Origin: the human T2T-CHM13v2.0 reference genome, Homo sapiens
DNA: 64,000 bases
Reading direction: 5' to 3' (one strand)
Assembly: GCF_009914755.1 (NCBI RefSeq)
Contig: NC_060925.1
The translations under genes and the position numbers were made by a program. The notes below the pieces were generated by a model that saw only the letters and a list, made by a program, of their open reading frames with translations, was not told the origin of the DNA and searched no databases. This document shows positions 13,001 to 27,352 of this stretch, piece after piece (within the stretch, counting starts at the first letter, position 1; every line of letters begins with the position of its first letter).

Positions 13001-16000
13001 AATCATCGAATGGACTGGAATGGAATCATTGAATGGACTCGAAAGGGATCATGATTGAATGGAATTGAATGGAATCATCGAATGGTCTCGATTGGAATCA
13101 TTACCAAATGGAATCGAATGGAATCACCGAATAGAATCGAATGGAACAATCATCGAATGGACTCAAATGGAATTATCCTCCAATGGAATCGAATGGAATT
13201 ATCGAATGCAATCGAATGGAATTATCGAATGCAATCGAATAGAATCATCGAATGGACTCGAATGGAATCATCGAATGGAATGGAATGGAACAGTCAATGA
13301 ACTCGAATGGAATCATCATTGAATGGAATCGAATGGAATCATCGAGTGGAATCGAATGGAATTATGATCAAATGGAATCGAATGTAATCATCATCAAATG
13401 GAATCAAAAATAACCATCATCAATTGGTATTGAATGGAATTGTCATCAAATGGAATTCAAAGGAATCATCATCAAATGGAACCGAATGGAATCCTCATTG
13501 AATGGAAATGAAAGGGGTCATCATCTAATGGAATCGCATGGAATCATCATCAAATGGAATCGAATGGAATCATCATCAAATGGAATCTAATGGAATCATT
13601 GAACAGAATTGAATGGAATCGTCATCGAATGAACTGAATGCAATCATCGAATGGTCTCGAATGGAATCATCTTCTAATGGAAAGGAATGGAATCATCGCA
13701 TAGAATCGAAAGGAATTATCATCGAATGGAATCGAATGGTATCAACACCAAACGGAAAAAAACGGAATTATCGAATAGATTCGAAGAGAATCTTCGAACG
13801 GACCCGAATGGAATCATCTAATGTAATGGAATGGAATAATCCATGGACTCGAATGCAATCATCATCGAATGGAATCAAATGGAATCATCGAATGGACTCG
13901 AATGGAATAATCATTGAACGGAATCGAATGGAATCATCATCGGATGGAAACGAATGGAATCATCATCGAATGGAAATGAAAGGAGTCATCATCTAATGGA
14001 ATTGCATGGAATCATCATAAAATGGAATCGAATGGAATCAACATCAAATGGAATCAAATGGAATCATTGAACGGAATTGAATGGAATCGTCATCGAATGT
14101 ATTGACTGCAATCATCGAATGGTCTCGAATGGAATCATCTTCAAATGGAATGGAATGGAATCATCGCATAGAATCGAATGGAATTATCATCGAATGGAAT
14201 CGAATGGAATCAACATCAAACGGAAAAAAACGGAATTATCGAATGGAATCGAAGAGAATCATCGAATGGACCCGAATGGAATCATCTAATGGAATGGAAT
14301 GGAATAATCCATGGACTCGAATGCAATCATCATCGAATGGAATCGAATGGAATCATCGAATGGACTCGAATGGAATAATCATTGAACGGAATCGAATGGA
14401 ATCATCATCGGATGGAAATGAATGGAATCATCATCGAATGGAATCGAATAGAATTATGGAATGAAATCCAGTGTGATCATCATCGAATGGACCCGAATGG
14501 AATCATCATCCAACGGAAGCTAATGGAATCAACATCGAATGAATCGAATGGAAACACCATCGAATTGAAACGAATGGAATTATCATGAAATTGAAATGGA
14601 TGGACTCATCATCGAATGGATTCGAATGGAATCATCGAATAAAATTGATTGAAATCATCATCCAATGGAATCGAATGGTATCATTGAATGGAATCGAATG
14701 GAATCATCATCAGATGGAAATGAATGGAATCGTCATAGAATGGAATCGAATGGATTCATTGAATGGAATCAGATGGAATCATCGAATGGACTGGAATGGA
14801 ATCATTGAATGGACTCGAAAGGGATCATGATTGAATGGAATTGAATGGAATCATCGAATGGTCTCGATTGGAATCATTATCAAATGGAATCGAATGGAAT
14901 CACCGAATAGAATCGAATGGAACAATCATCGAATGGACTCAAATGGAATTATCCTCCAATGGAATCGAATGGAATTATCGAATGCAATCGAATGGAATTA
15001 TCGAATGCAATCGAATAGAATCATCGAATGGACTCGAATGGAATCATCGAATGGAATGGAATGGAACAGTCAATGAACTCGAATGGAATCATCATTGAAT
15101 GGAATCGAATGGAATCATCGAGTGGAATCGAATGGAATTATGATCAAATGGAATCGAATGTAATCATCATCAAATGGAATCAAAAATAACCATCATCAAT
15201 TGGTATTGAATGGAATTGTCATCAAATGGAATTCAAAGGAATCATCATCAAATGGAACCGAATGGAATCCTCATTGAATGGAAATGAAAGGGGTCATCAT
15301 CTAATGGAATCGCATGGAATCATCATCAAATGGAATCGAATGGAATCATCATCAAATGGAATCTAATGGAATCATTGAACAGAATTGAATGGAATCGTCA
15401 TCGAATGAACTGAATGCAATCATCGAATGGTCTCGAATGGAATCATCTTCTAATGGAAAGGAATGGAATCATCGCATAGAATCGAATGGAATTATCATCG
15501 AATGGAATCGAATGGTATCAACACCAAACGGAAAAAAACGGAATTATCGAATAGATTCGAAGAGAATCTTCGAACGGACCCGAATGGAATCATCTAATGG
15601 AATGGAATGGAATAATCCATGGACTCGAATGCAATCATCATCGAATGGAATCAAATGGAATCATCGAATGGACTCGAATGGAATAATCATTGAACGGAAT
15701 CGAATGGAATCATCATCGGATGGAAATGAATGGAATCATCATCGAATGGAAATGAAAGGAGTCATCATCTAATGGAATTGCATGGAATCATCATAAAATG
15801 GAATCGAATGGAATCAACATCAAATGGAATCAAATGGAATCATTGAACGGAATTGAATGGAATCGTCATCGAATGTATTGACTGCAATCATCGAATGGTC
15901 TCGAATGGAATCATCTTCAAATGGAATGGAATGGAATCATCGCATAGAATCGAATGGAATTATCATCGAATGGAATCGAATGGAATCAACATCAAACGGA

Positions 16001-19000
16001 AAAAAACGGAATTATCGAATGGAATCGAAGAGAATCATCGAATGGACCCGAATGGAATCATCTAATGGAATGGAATGGAATAATCCATGGACTCGAATGC
16101 AATCATCATCGAATGGAATCGAATGGAATCATCGAATGGACTCGAATGGAATAATCATTGAACGGAATCGAATGGAATCATCATCGGATGGAAATGAATG
16201 GAATCATCATCGAATGGAATCGAATAGAATTATGGAATGAAATCCAGTGTGATCATCATCGAATGGACCCGAATGGAATCATCATCCAACGGAAGCTAAT
16301 GGAATCAACATCGAATGAATCGAATGGAAACACCATCGAATTGAAACGAATGGAATTATCATGAAATTGAAATGGATGGACTCATCATCGAATGGATTCG
16401 AATGGAATCATCGAATAAAATTGATTGAAATCATCATCGAATGGAATCGAATGGTATCATTGAATGGAATCGAATGGAATCATCATCAGATGGAAATGAA
16501 TGGAATCGTCATAGAATGGAATCGAATGGATTCATTGAATGGAATCAGATGGAATCATCGAATGGACTGGAATGGAATCATTGAATGGACTCGAAAGGGA
16601 TCATGATTGAATGGAATTGAATGGAATCATCGAATGGTCTCGATTGGAATCATTATCAAATGGAATCGAATGGAATCACCGAATAGAATCGAATGGAACA
16701 ATCATCGAATGGACTCAAATGGAATTATCCTCCAATGGAATCGAATGGAATTATCGAATGCAATCGAATGGAATTATCGAATGCAATCGAATAGAATCAT
16801 CGAATGGACTCGAATGGAATCATCGAATGGAATGGAATGGAACAGTCAATGAACTCGAATGGAATCATCATTGAATGGAATCGAATGGAATCATCGAGTG
16901 GAATCGAATGGAATTATGATCAAATGGAATCGAATGTAATCATCATCAAATGGAATCAAAAATAACCATCATCAATTGGTATTGAATGGAATTGTCATCA
17001 AATGGAATTCAAAGGAATCATCATCAAATGGAACCGAATGGAATCCTCATTGAATGGAAATGAAAGGGGTCATCATCTAATGGAATCGCATGGAATCATC
17101 ATCAAATGGAATCGAATGGAATCATCATCAAATGGAATCTAATGGAATCATTGAACAGAATTGAATGGAATCGTCATCGAATGAATTGAATGCAATCATC
17201 GAATGGTCTCGAATGGAATCATCTTCTAATGGAAAGGAATGGAATCATCGCATAGAATCGAATGGAATTATCATCGAATGGAATCGAATGGTATCAACAC
17301 CAAACGGAAAAAAACGGAATTATCGAATGGAATCGAAGAGAATCTTCGAACGGACCCGAATGGAATCATCTAATGGAATGGAATGGAATAATCCATGGAC
17401 TCGAATGCAATCATCATCGAATGGAATCGAATGGAATCATCGAATGGACTCGAATGGAATAATCATTGAACGGAATCGATTGGAATCATCATCGGATGGA
17501 AACGAATGGAATCATCATCGAATGGAAATGAAAGGAGTCATCATCTAATGGAATTGCATGGAATCATCATAAAATGGAATCGAATGGAATCAACATCAAA
17601 TGGAATCAAATGTAATCATTGAACGGAATTGAATGGAATCGTCATCGAATGAATTGACTGCAATCATCCAATGGTCTCGAATGGAATCATCTTCAAATGG
17701 AATGGAATGGAATCATCGCATAGAATCGAATGGAATTATCATCGAATAGAATCGAATGGAATCAACATCCAACGGAAAAAAACGGAATTATCGAATGGAA
17801 TCGAAGAGAATCATCGAATGGACCCGAATGGAATCATCTAATGGAATGGAATGGAATAATCCATGGACTCGAATGCAATCATCATCGAATGGAATCGAAT
17901 GGAATCATCGAATGGACTCGAATGGAATAATCATTGAACGGAATCGAATGGAATCATCATCGGATGGAAATGAATGGAATCATCATCGAATGGAATCGAA
18001 TAGAATTATGGAATGAAATCCAGTGTGATCATCATCGAATGGACCCGAATGGAATCATCATCCAACGGAAGCTAATGGAATCAACATCGAATGAATCAAA
18101 TGGAAACACCATCGAATTGAAACGAATGGAATTATCATGAAATTGAAATGGATGGACTCATCATCGAATGGATTCGAATGGAATCATCGAATAAAATTGA
18201 TTGAAATCATCATCGAATGGAATCGAATGGTATCATTGAATGGAATCGAATGGAATCATCATCAGATGGAAATGAATGGAATCGTCATAGAATGGAATCG
18301 AATGGATTCATTGAATGGAATCAGATGGAATCATCGAATGGACTGGAATGGAATCATTGAATGGACTCGAAAGGGATCATGATTGAATGGAATTGAATGG
18401 AATCATCGAATGGTCTCGATTGGAATCATTACCAAATGGAATCGAATGGAATCACCGAATAGAATCGAATGGAACAATCATCGAATGGACTCAAATGGAA
18501 TTATCCTCAAATGGAATCGAATGGAATTATCGAATGCAATCGAATGGAATTATCGAATGCAATCGAATAGAATCATCGAATGGACTCGAATGGAATCATC
18601 GAATGGAATGGAATGGAACAGTCAATGAACTCGAATGGAATCATCATTGAATGGAATCGAATGGAATCATCGAGTGGAATCGAATGGAATTATGATCAAA
18701 TGGAATCGAATGTAATCATCATCAAATGGAATCAAAAATAACCATCATCAATTGGTATTGAATGGAATTGTCATCAAATGGAATTCAAAGGAATCATCAT
18801 CAAATGGAACCGAATGGAATCCTCATTGAATGGAAATGAAAGGGGTCATCATCTAATGGAATCGCATGGAATCATCATCAAATGGAATCGAATGGAATCA
18901 TCATCAAATGGAATCTAATGGAATCATTGAACAGAATTGAATGGAATCGTCATCGAATGAACTGAATGCAATCATCGAATGGTCTCGAATGGAATCATCT

Positions 19001-22000
19001 TCTAATGGAAAGGAATGGAATCATCGCATAGAATCGAAAGGAATTATCATCGAATGGAATCGAATGGTATCAACACCAAACGGAAAAAAACGGAATTATC
19101 GAATAGATTCGAAGAGAATCTTCGAACGGACCCGAATGGAATCATCTAATGGAATGGAATGGAATAATCCATGGACTCGAATGCAATCATCATCGAATGG
19201 AATCAAATGGAATCATCGAATGGACTCAAATGGAATAATCATTGAACGGAATCGAATGGAATCATCATCGGATGGAAATGAATGGAATCATCATCGAATG
19301 GAAATGAAAGGAGTCATCATCTAATGGAATTGCATGGAATCATCATAAAATGGAATCGAATGGAATCAACATCAAATGGAATCAAATGGAATCATTGAAC
19401 GGAATTGAATGGAATCGTCATCGAATGAATTGACTGCAATCATCCAATGGTCTCGAATGGAATCATCTTCAAATGGAATGGAATGGAATCATCGCATAGA
19501 ATCGAATGGAATTATCATCGAATGGAATCGAATGGAATCAACATCAAACGGAAAAAAACGGAATTATCGAATGGAATCGAAGAGAATCATCGAATGGACC
19601 CGAATGGAATCATCTAATGGAATGGAATGGAATAATCCATGGACTCGAATGCAATCATCATCGAATGGAATCGAATGGAATCATCGAATGGACTCGAATG
19701 GAATAATCATTGAACGGAATCGAATGGAATCATCATCGGATGGAAATGAATGGAATCATCATCGAATGGAATCGAATAGAATTATGGAATGAAATCCAGT
19801 GTGATCATCATCGAATGGACCCGAATGGAATCATCATCCAACGGAAGCTAATGGAATCAACATCGAATGAATCGAATGGAAACACCATCGAATTGAAACG
19901 AATGGAATTATCATGAAATTGAAATGGATGGACTCATCATCGAATGGATTCGAATGGAATCATGGAATAAAATTGATTGAAATCATCATCCAATGGAATC
20001 GAATGGTATCATTGAATGGAATCGAATGGAATCATCATCAGATGGAAATGAATGGAATCGTCATAGAATGGAATCGAATGGATTCATTGAATGGAATCAG
20101 ATGGAATCATCGAATGGACTGGAATGGAATCATTGAATGGACTCGAAAGGGATCATGATTGAATGGAATTGAATGGAATCATCGAATGGTCTCGATTGGA
20201 ATCATTATCAAATGGAATCGAATGGAATCACCGAATAGAATCGAATGGAACAATCATCGAATGGACTCAAATGGAATTATCCTCCAATGGAATCGAATGG
20301 AATTATCGAATGCAATCGAATGGAATTATCGAATGCAATCGAATAGAATCATCGAATGGACTCGAATGGAATCATCGAATGGAATGGAATGGAACAGTCA
20401 ATGAACTCGAATGGAATCATCATTGAATGGAATCGAATGGAATCATCGAGTGGAATCGAATGGAATTATGATCAAATGGAATCGAATGTAATCATCATCA
20501 AATGGAATCAAAAATAACCATCATCAATTGGTATTGAATGGAATTGTCATCAAATGGAATTCAAAGGAATCATCATCAAATGGAACCGAATGGAATCCTC
20601 ATTGAATGGAAATGAAAGGGGTCATCATCTAATGGAATCGCATGGAATCATCATCAAATGGAATCGAATGGAATCATCATCAAATGGAATCTAATGGAAT
20701 CATTGAACAGAATTGAATGGAATCGTCATCGAATGAACTGAATGCAATCATCGAATGGTCTCGAATGGAATCATCTTCTAATGGAAAGGAATGGAATCAT
20801 CGCATAGAATCGAATGGAATTATCATCGAATGGAATCGAATGGTATCAACACCAAACGGAAAAAAACGGAATTATCGAATAGATTCGAAGAGAATCTTCG
20901 AACGGACCCGAATGGAATCATCTAATGGAATGGAATGGAATAATCCATGGACTCGAATGCAATCATCATCGAATGGAATCAAATGGAATCATCGAATGGA
21001 CTCGAATGGAATAATCATTGAACGGAATCGAATGGAATCATCATCGGATGGAAATGAATGGAATCATCATCGAATGGAAATGAAAGGAGTCATCATCTAA
21101 TGGAATTGCATGGAATCATCATAAAATGGAATCGAATGGAATCAACATCAAATGGAATCAAATGGAATCATTGAACGGAATTGAATGGAATCGTCATCGA
21201 ATGTATTGACTGCAATCATCGAATGGTCTCGAATGGAATCATCTTCAAATGGAATGGAATGGAATCATCGCATAGAATCGAATGGAATTATCATCGAATG
21301 GAATCGAATGGAATCAACATCAAACGGAAAAAAACGGAATTATCGAATGGAATCGAAGAGAATCATCGAATGGACCCGAATGGAATCATCTAATGGAATG
21401 GAATGGAATAATCCATGGACTCGAATGCAATCATCATCGAATGGAATCGAATGGAATCATCGAATGGACTCGAATGGAATAATCATTGAACGGAATCGAA
21501 TGGAATCATCATCGGATGGAAATGAATGGAATCATCATCGAATGGAATCGAATAGAATTATGGAATGAAATCCAGTGTGATCATCATCGAATGGACCCGA
21601 ATGGAATCATCATCCAACGGAAGCTAATGGAATCAACATCGAATGAATCGAATGGAAACACCATCGAATTGAAACGAATGGAATTATCATGAAATTGAAA
21701 TGGATGGACTCATCATCGAATGGATTCGAATGGAATCATCGAATAAAATTGATTGAAATCATCATCCAATGGAATCGAATGGTATCATTGAATGGAATCG
21801 AATGGAATCATCATCAGATGGAAATGAATGGAATCGTCATAGAATGGAATCGAATGGATTCATTGAATGGAATCAGATGGAATCATCGAATGGACTGGAA
21901 TGGAATCATTGAATGGACTCGAAAGGGATCATGATTGAATGGAATTGAATGGAATCATCGAATGGTCTCGATTGGAATCATTATCAAATGGAATCGAATG

Positions 22001-24268
22001 GAATCACCGAATAGAATCGAATGGAACAATCATCGAATGGACTCAAATGGAATTATCCTCCAATGGAATCGAATGGAATTATCGAATGCAATCGAATGGA
22101 ATTATCGAATGCAATCGAATAGAATCATCGAATGGACTCGAATGGAATCATCGAATGGAATGGAATGGAACAGTCAATGAACTCGAATGGAATCATCATT
22201 GAATGGAATCGAATGGAATCATCGAGTGGAATCGAATGGAATTATGATCAAATGGAATCGAATGTAATCATCATCAAATGGAATCAAAAATAACCATCAT
22301 CAATTGGTATTGAATGGAATTGTCATCAAATGGAATTCAAAGGAATCATCATCAAATGGAACCGAATGGAATCCTCATTGAATGGAAATGAAAGGGGTCA
22401 TCATCTAATGGAATCGCATGGAATCATCATCAAATGGAATCGAATGGAATCATCATCAAATGGAATCTAATGGAATCATTGAACAGAATTGAATGGAATC
22501 GTCATCGAATGAATTGAATGCAATCATCGAATGGTCTCGAATGGAATCATCTTCTAATGGAAAGGAATGGAATCATCGCATAGAATCGAATGGAATTATC
22601 ATCGAATGGAATCGAATGGTATCAACACCAAACGGAAAAAAACGGAATTATCGAATGGAATCGAAGAGAATCTTCGAACGGACCCGAATGGAATCATCTA
22701 ATGGAATGGAATGGAATAATCCATGGACTCGAATGCAATCATCATCGAATGGAATCGAATGGAATCATCGAATGGACTCGAATGGAATAATCATTGAACG
22801 GAATCGATTGGAATCATCATCGGATGGAAACGAATGGAATCATCATCGAATGGAAATGAAAGGAGTCATCATCTAATGGAATTGCATGGAATCATCATCA
22901 AATGGAATCGAATGGAATCAACATCAAATGGAATCAAATGGAATCATTGAACGGAATTGAATGGAATCGTCATCGAATGAATTGACTGCAATCATCGAAT
23001 GGTCTCGAATGGAATCATCTTCAAATGGAATGGAATGGAATCATCGCATAGAATCGAATGGAATTATCATCGAATGGAATCGAATGGAATCAACATCCAA
23101 CGGAAAAAAACGGAATTATCGAATGGAATCGAAGAGAATCATCGAATGGACCCGAATGGAATCATCTAATGGAATGGAATGGAATAATCCATGGACTCGA
23201 ATGCAATCATCATCGAATGGAATCGAATGGAATCATCGAATGGACTCGAATGGAATAATCATTGAACGGAATCGAATGGAATCATCATCGGATGGAAATG
23301 AATGGAATCATCATCGAATGGAATCGAATAGAATTATGGAATGAAATCCAGTGTGATCATCATCGAATGGACCCGAATGGAATCATCATCCAACGGAAGC
23401 TAATGGAATCAACATCGAATGAATCGAATGGAAACACCATCGAATTGAAACGAATGGAATTATCATGAAATTGAAATGGATGGACTCATCATCGAATGGA
23501 TTCGAATGGAATCATCGAATAAAATTGATTGAAATCATCATCCAATGGAATCGAATGGTATCATTGAATGGAATCGAATGGAATCATCATCAGATGGAAA
23601 TGAATGGAATCGTCATAGAATGGAATCGAATGGATTCATTGAATGGAATCAGATGGAATCATCGAATGGACTGGAATGGAATCATTGAATGGACTCGAAA
23701 GGGATCATGATTGAATGGAATTGAATGGAATCATCGAATGGTCTCGATTGGAATCATTATCAAATGGAATCGAATGGAATCACCGAATAGAATCGAATGG
23801 AACAATCATCGAATGGACTCAAATGGAATTATCCTCCAATGGAATCGAATGGAATTATCGAATGCAATCGAATGGAATTATCGAATGCAATCGAATAGAA
23901 TCATCGAATGGACTCGAATGGAATCATCGAATGGAATGGAATGGAACAGTCAATGAACTCGAATGGAATCATCATTGAATGGAATCGAATGGAATCATCG
24001 AGTGGAATCGAATGGAATTATGATCAAATGGAATCGAATGTAATCATCATCAAATGGAATCAAAAATAACCATCATCAATTGGTATTGAATGGAATTGTC
24101 ATCAAATGGAATTCAAAGGAATCATCATCAAATGGAACCGAATGGAATCCTCATTGAATGGAAATGAAAGGGGTCATCATCTAATGGAATCGCATGGAAT
24201 CATCATCAAATGGAATCGAATGGAATCATCATCAAATGGAATCTAATGGAATCATTGAACAGAATTGA
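10061..24268 (+). repeat. Imperfect 5,328-bp (3-unit) higher-order periodicity
   Basis: Shared variants exactly 5328 apart: 12152/17480/22808, 12285/17613, 13104/18432, 13711/19039. Confidence 0.8.
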
Positions 24269-26044
24269 ATGGAATCGTCATCGAATGAATTGAATGCAAT
24301 CATCGAATGGTCTCGAATGGAATCATCTTCTAATGGAAAGGAATGGAATCATCGCATAGAATCGAATGGAATTATCATCGAATGGAATCGAATGGTATCA
24401 ACACCAAACGGAAAAAAACGGAATTATCGAATGGAATCGAAGAGAATCTTCGAACGGACCCGAATGGAATCATCTAATGGAATGGAATGGAATAATCCAT
24501 GGACTCGAATGCAATCATCATCGAATGGAATGGAATGGAATCATCGAATGGACTCGAATGGAATAATCATTGAACGGAATCGAATGGAATCATCATCGGA
24601 TGGAAACGAATGGAATCATCATCGAATGGAAATGAAAGGAGTCATCATCTAATGGAATTGCATGGAATCATCATAAAATGGAATCGAATGGAATCAACAT
24701 CAAATGGAATCAAATGGAATCATTGAACGGAATTGAATGGAATCGTCATCGAATGAATTGACTGCAATCATCGAATGGTCTCGAATGGAATCATCTTCAA
24801 ATGGAATGGAATGGAATCATCGCATAGAATCGAATGGAATTATCATCGAATGGAATCGAATGGAATCAACATCAAACGGAAAAAAACGGAATTATCGAAT
24901 GGAATCGAAGAGAATCATCGAATGGACCCGAATGGAATCATCTAATGGAATGGAATGGAATAATCCATGGACTCGAATGCAATCATCATCGAATGGAATC
25001 GAATGGAATCATCGAATGGACTCGAATGGAATAATCATTGAACGGAATCGAATGGAATCATCATCGGATGGAAATGAATGGAATCATCATCGAATGGAAT
25101 CGAATAGAATTATGGAATGAAATCCAGTGTGATCATCATCGAATGGACCCGAATGGAATCATCATCCAACGGAAGCTAATGGAATCAACATCGAATGAAT
25201 CGAATGGAAACACCATCGAATTGAAACGAATGGAATTATCATGAAATTGAAATGGATGGACTCATCATCGAATGGATTCGAATGGAATCATCGAATAAAA
25301 TTGATTGAAATCATCATCCAATGGAATCGAATGGTATCATTGAATGGAATCGAATGGAATCATCATCAGATGGAAATGAATGGAATCGTCATAGAATGGA
25401 ATCGAATGGATTCATTGAATGGAATCAGATGGAATCATCGAATGGACTGGAATGGAATCATTGAATGGACTCGAAAGGGATCATGATTGAATGGAATTGA
25501 ATGGAATCATCGAATGGTCTCGATTGGAATCATTATCAAATGGAATCGAATGGAATCACCGAATAGAATCGAATGGAACAATCATCGAATGGACTCAAAT
25601 GGAATTGTCCTCCAATGGAATCGAATGGAATTATCGAATGCAATCGAATGGAATTATCGAATGCAATCGAATAGAATCATCGAATGGACTCGAATGGAAT
25701 CATCGAATGGAATGGAATGGAACAGTCAATGAACTCGAATGGAATCATCATTGAATGGAATCGAATGGAATCATCGAGTGGAATCGAATGGAATTATGAT
25801 CAAATGGAATCGAATGTAATCATCATCAAATGGAATCAAAAATAACCATCATCAATTGGTATTGAATGGAATTGTCATCAAATGGAATTCAAAGGAATCA
25901 TCATCAAAAGGAACCGAATGGAATCCTCATTGAATGGAAATGAAAGGGGTCATCATCTAATGGAATCGCATGGAATCATCATCAAATGGAATCGAATGGA
26001 ATCATCATCAAATGGAATCTAATGGAATCATTGAACAGAATTGA

Positions 26045-27352
26045 ATGGAATCGTCATCGAATGAATTGAATGCAATCATCGAATGGTCTCGAATGGAATC
26101 ATCTTCTAATGGAAAGGAATGGAATCATCGCATAGAATCGAATGGAATTATCATCGAATGGAATCGAATGGTATCAACACCAAACGGAAAAAAACGGAAT
26201 TATCGAATGGAATCGAAGAGAATCTTCGAACGGACCCGAATGGAATCATCTAATGGAATGGAATGGAATAATCCATGGACTCGAATGCAATCATCATCGA
26301 ATGGAATCGAATGGAATCATCGAATGGACTCGAATGGAATAATCATTGAACGGAATCGAATGGAATCATCATCGGATGGAAATGAATGGAATCATCATCG
26401 AATGGAATCGAATAGAATTATGGAATGAAATCCAGTGTGACCATCATCGAATGGACCCGAATGGAATCATCATCCAACGGAAGCTAATGGAATCAACATC
26501 GAATGAATCGAATGGAAACACCATCGAATTGAAACGAATGGAATTATCATGAAATTGAAATGGATGGACTCATCATCGAATGGATTCGAATGGAATCATC
26601 GAATAAAATTGATTGAAATCATCATCCAATGGAATCGAATGGTATCATTGAATGGAATCGAATGGAATCATCATCAGATGGAAATGAATGGAATCGTCAT
26701 AGAATGGAATCGAATGGATTCATTGAATGGAATCAGATGGAATCATCGAATGGACTGGAATGGAATCATTGAATGGACTCGAAAGGGATCATTATTGAAT
26801 GGAATTGAATGGAATCATCGAATGGTCTCGATTGGAATCATTATCAAATGGAATCGAATGGAATCACCGAATAGAATCGAATGGAACAATCATCGAATGG
26901 ACTCAAATGGAATTATCCTCCAATGGAATCGAATGGAATTATCGAATGCAATCGAATGGAATTATCGAATGCAATCGAATAGAATCATCGAATGGACTCG
27001 AATGGAATCATCGAATGGAATGGAATGGAACAGTCAATGAACTCGAATGGAATCATCATTGAATGGAATCGAATGGAATCATCGAGTGGAATCGAATGGA
27101 ATTATGATCAAATGGAATCGAATGTAATCATCATCAAATGGAATCAAAAATAACCATCATCAATTGGTATTGAATGGAATTGTCATCAAATGGAATTCAA
27201 AGGAATCATCATCAAATGGAACCGAATGGAATCCTCATTGAATGGAAATGAAAGGGGTCATCATCTAATGGAATCGCATGGAATCATCATCAAATGGAAT
27301 CGAATGGAATCATCATCAAATGGAATCTAATGGAATCATTGAACAGAATTGA
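26045..27352 (+). repeat. 1,308-bp short unit (one 468-bp subunit missing; A/B chimera)
   Basis: Spacing 26045->27353 = 1308. A-type start, B-type exit at ~26405. Confidence 0.9.
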
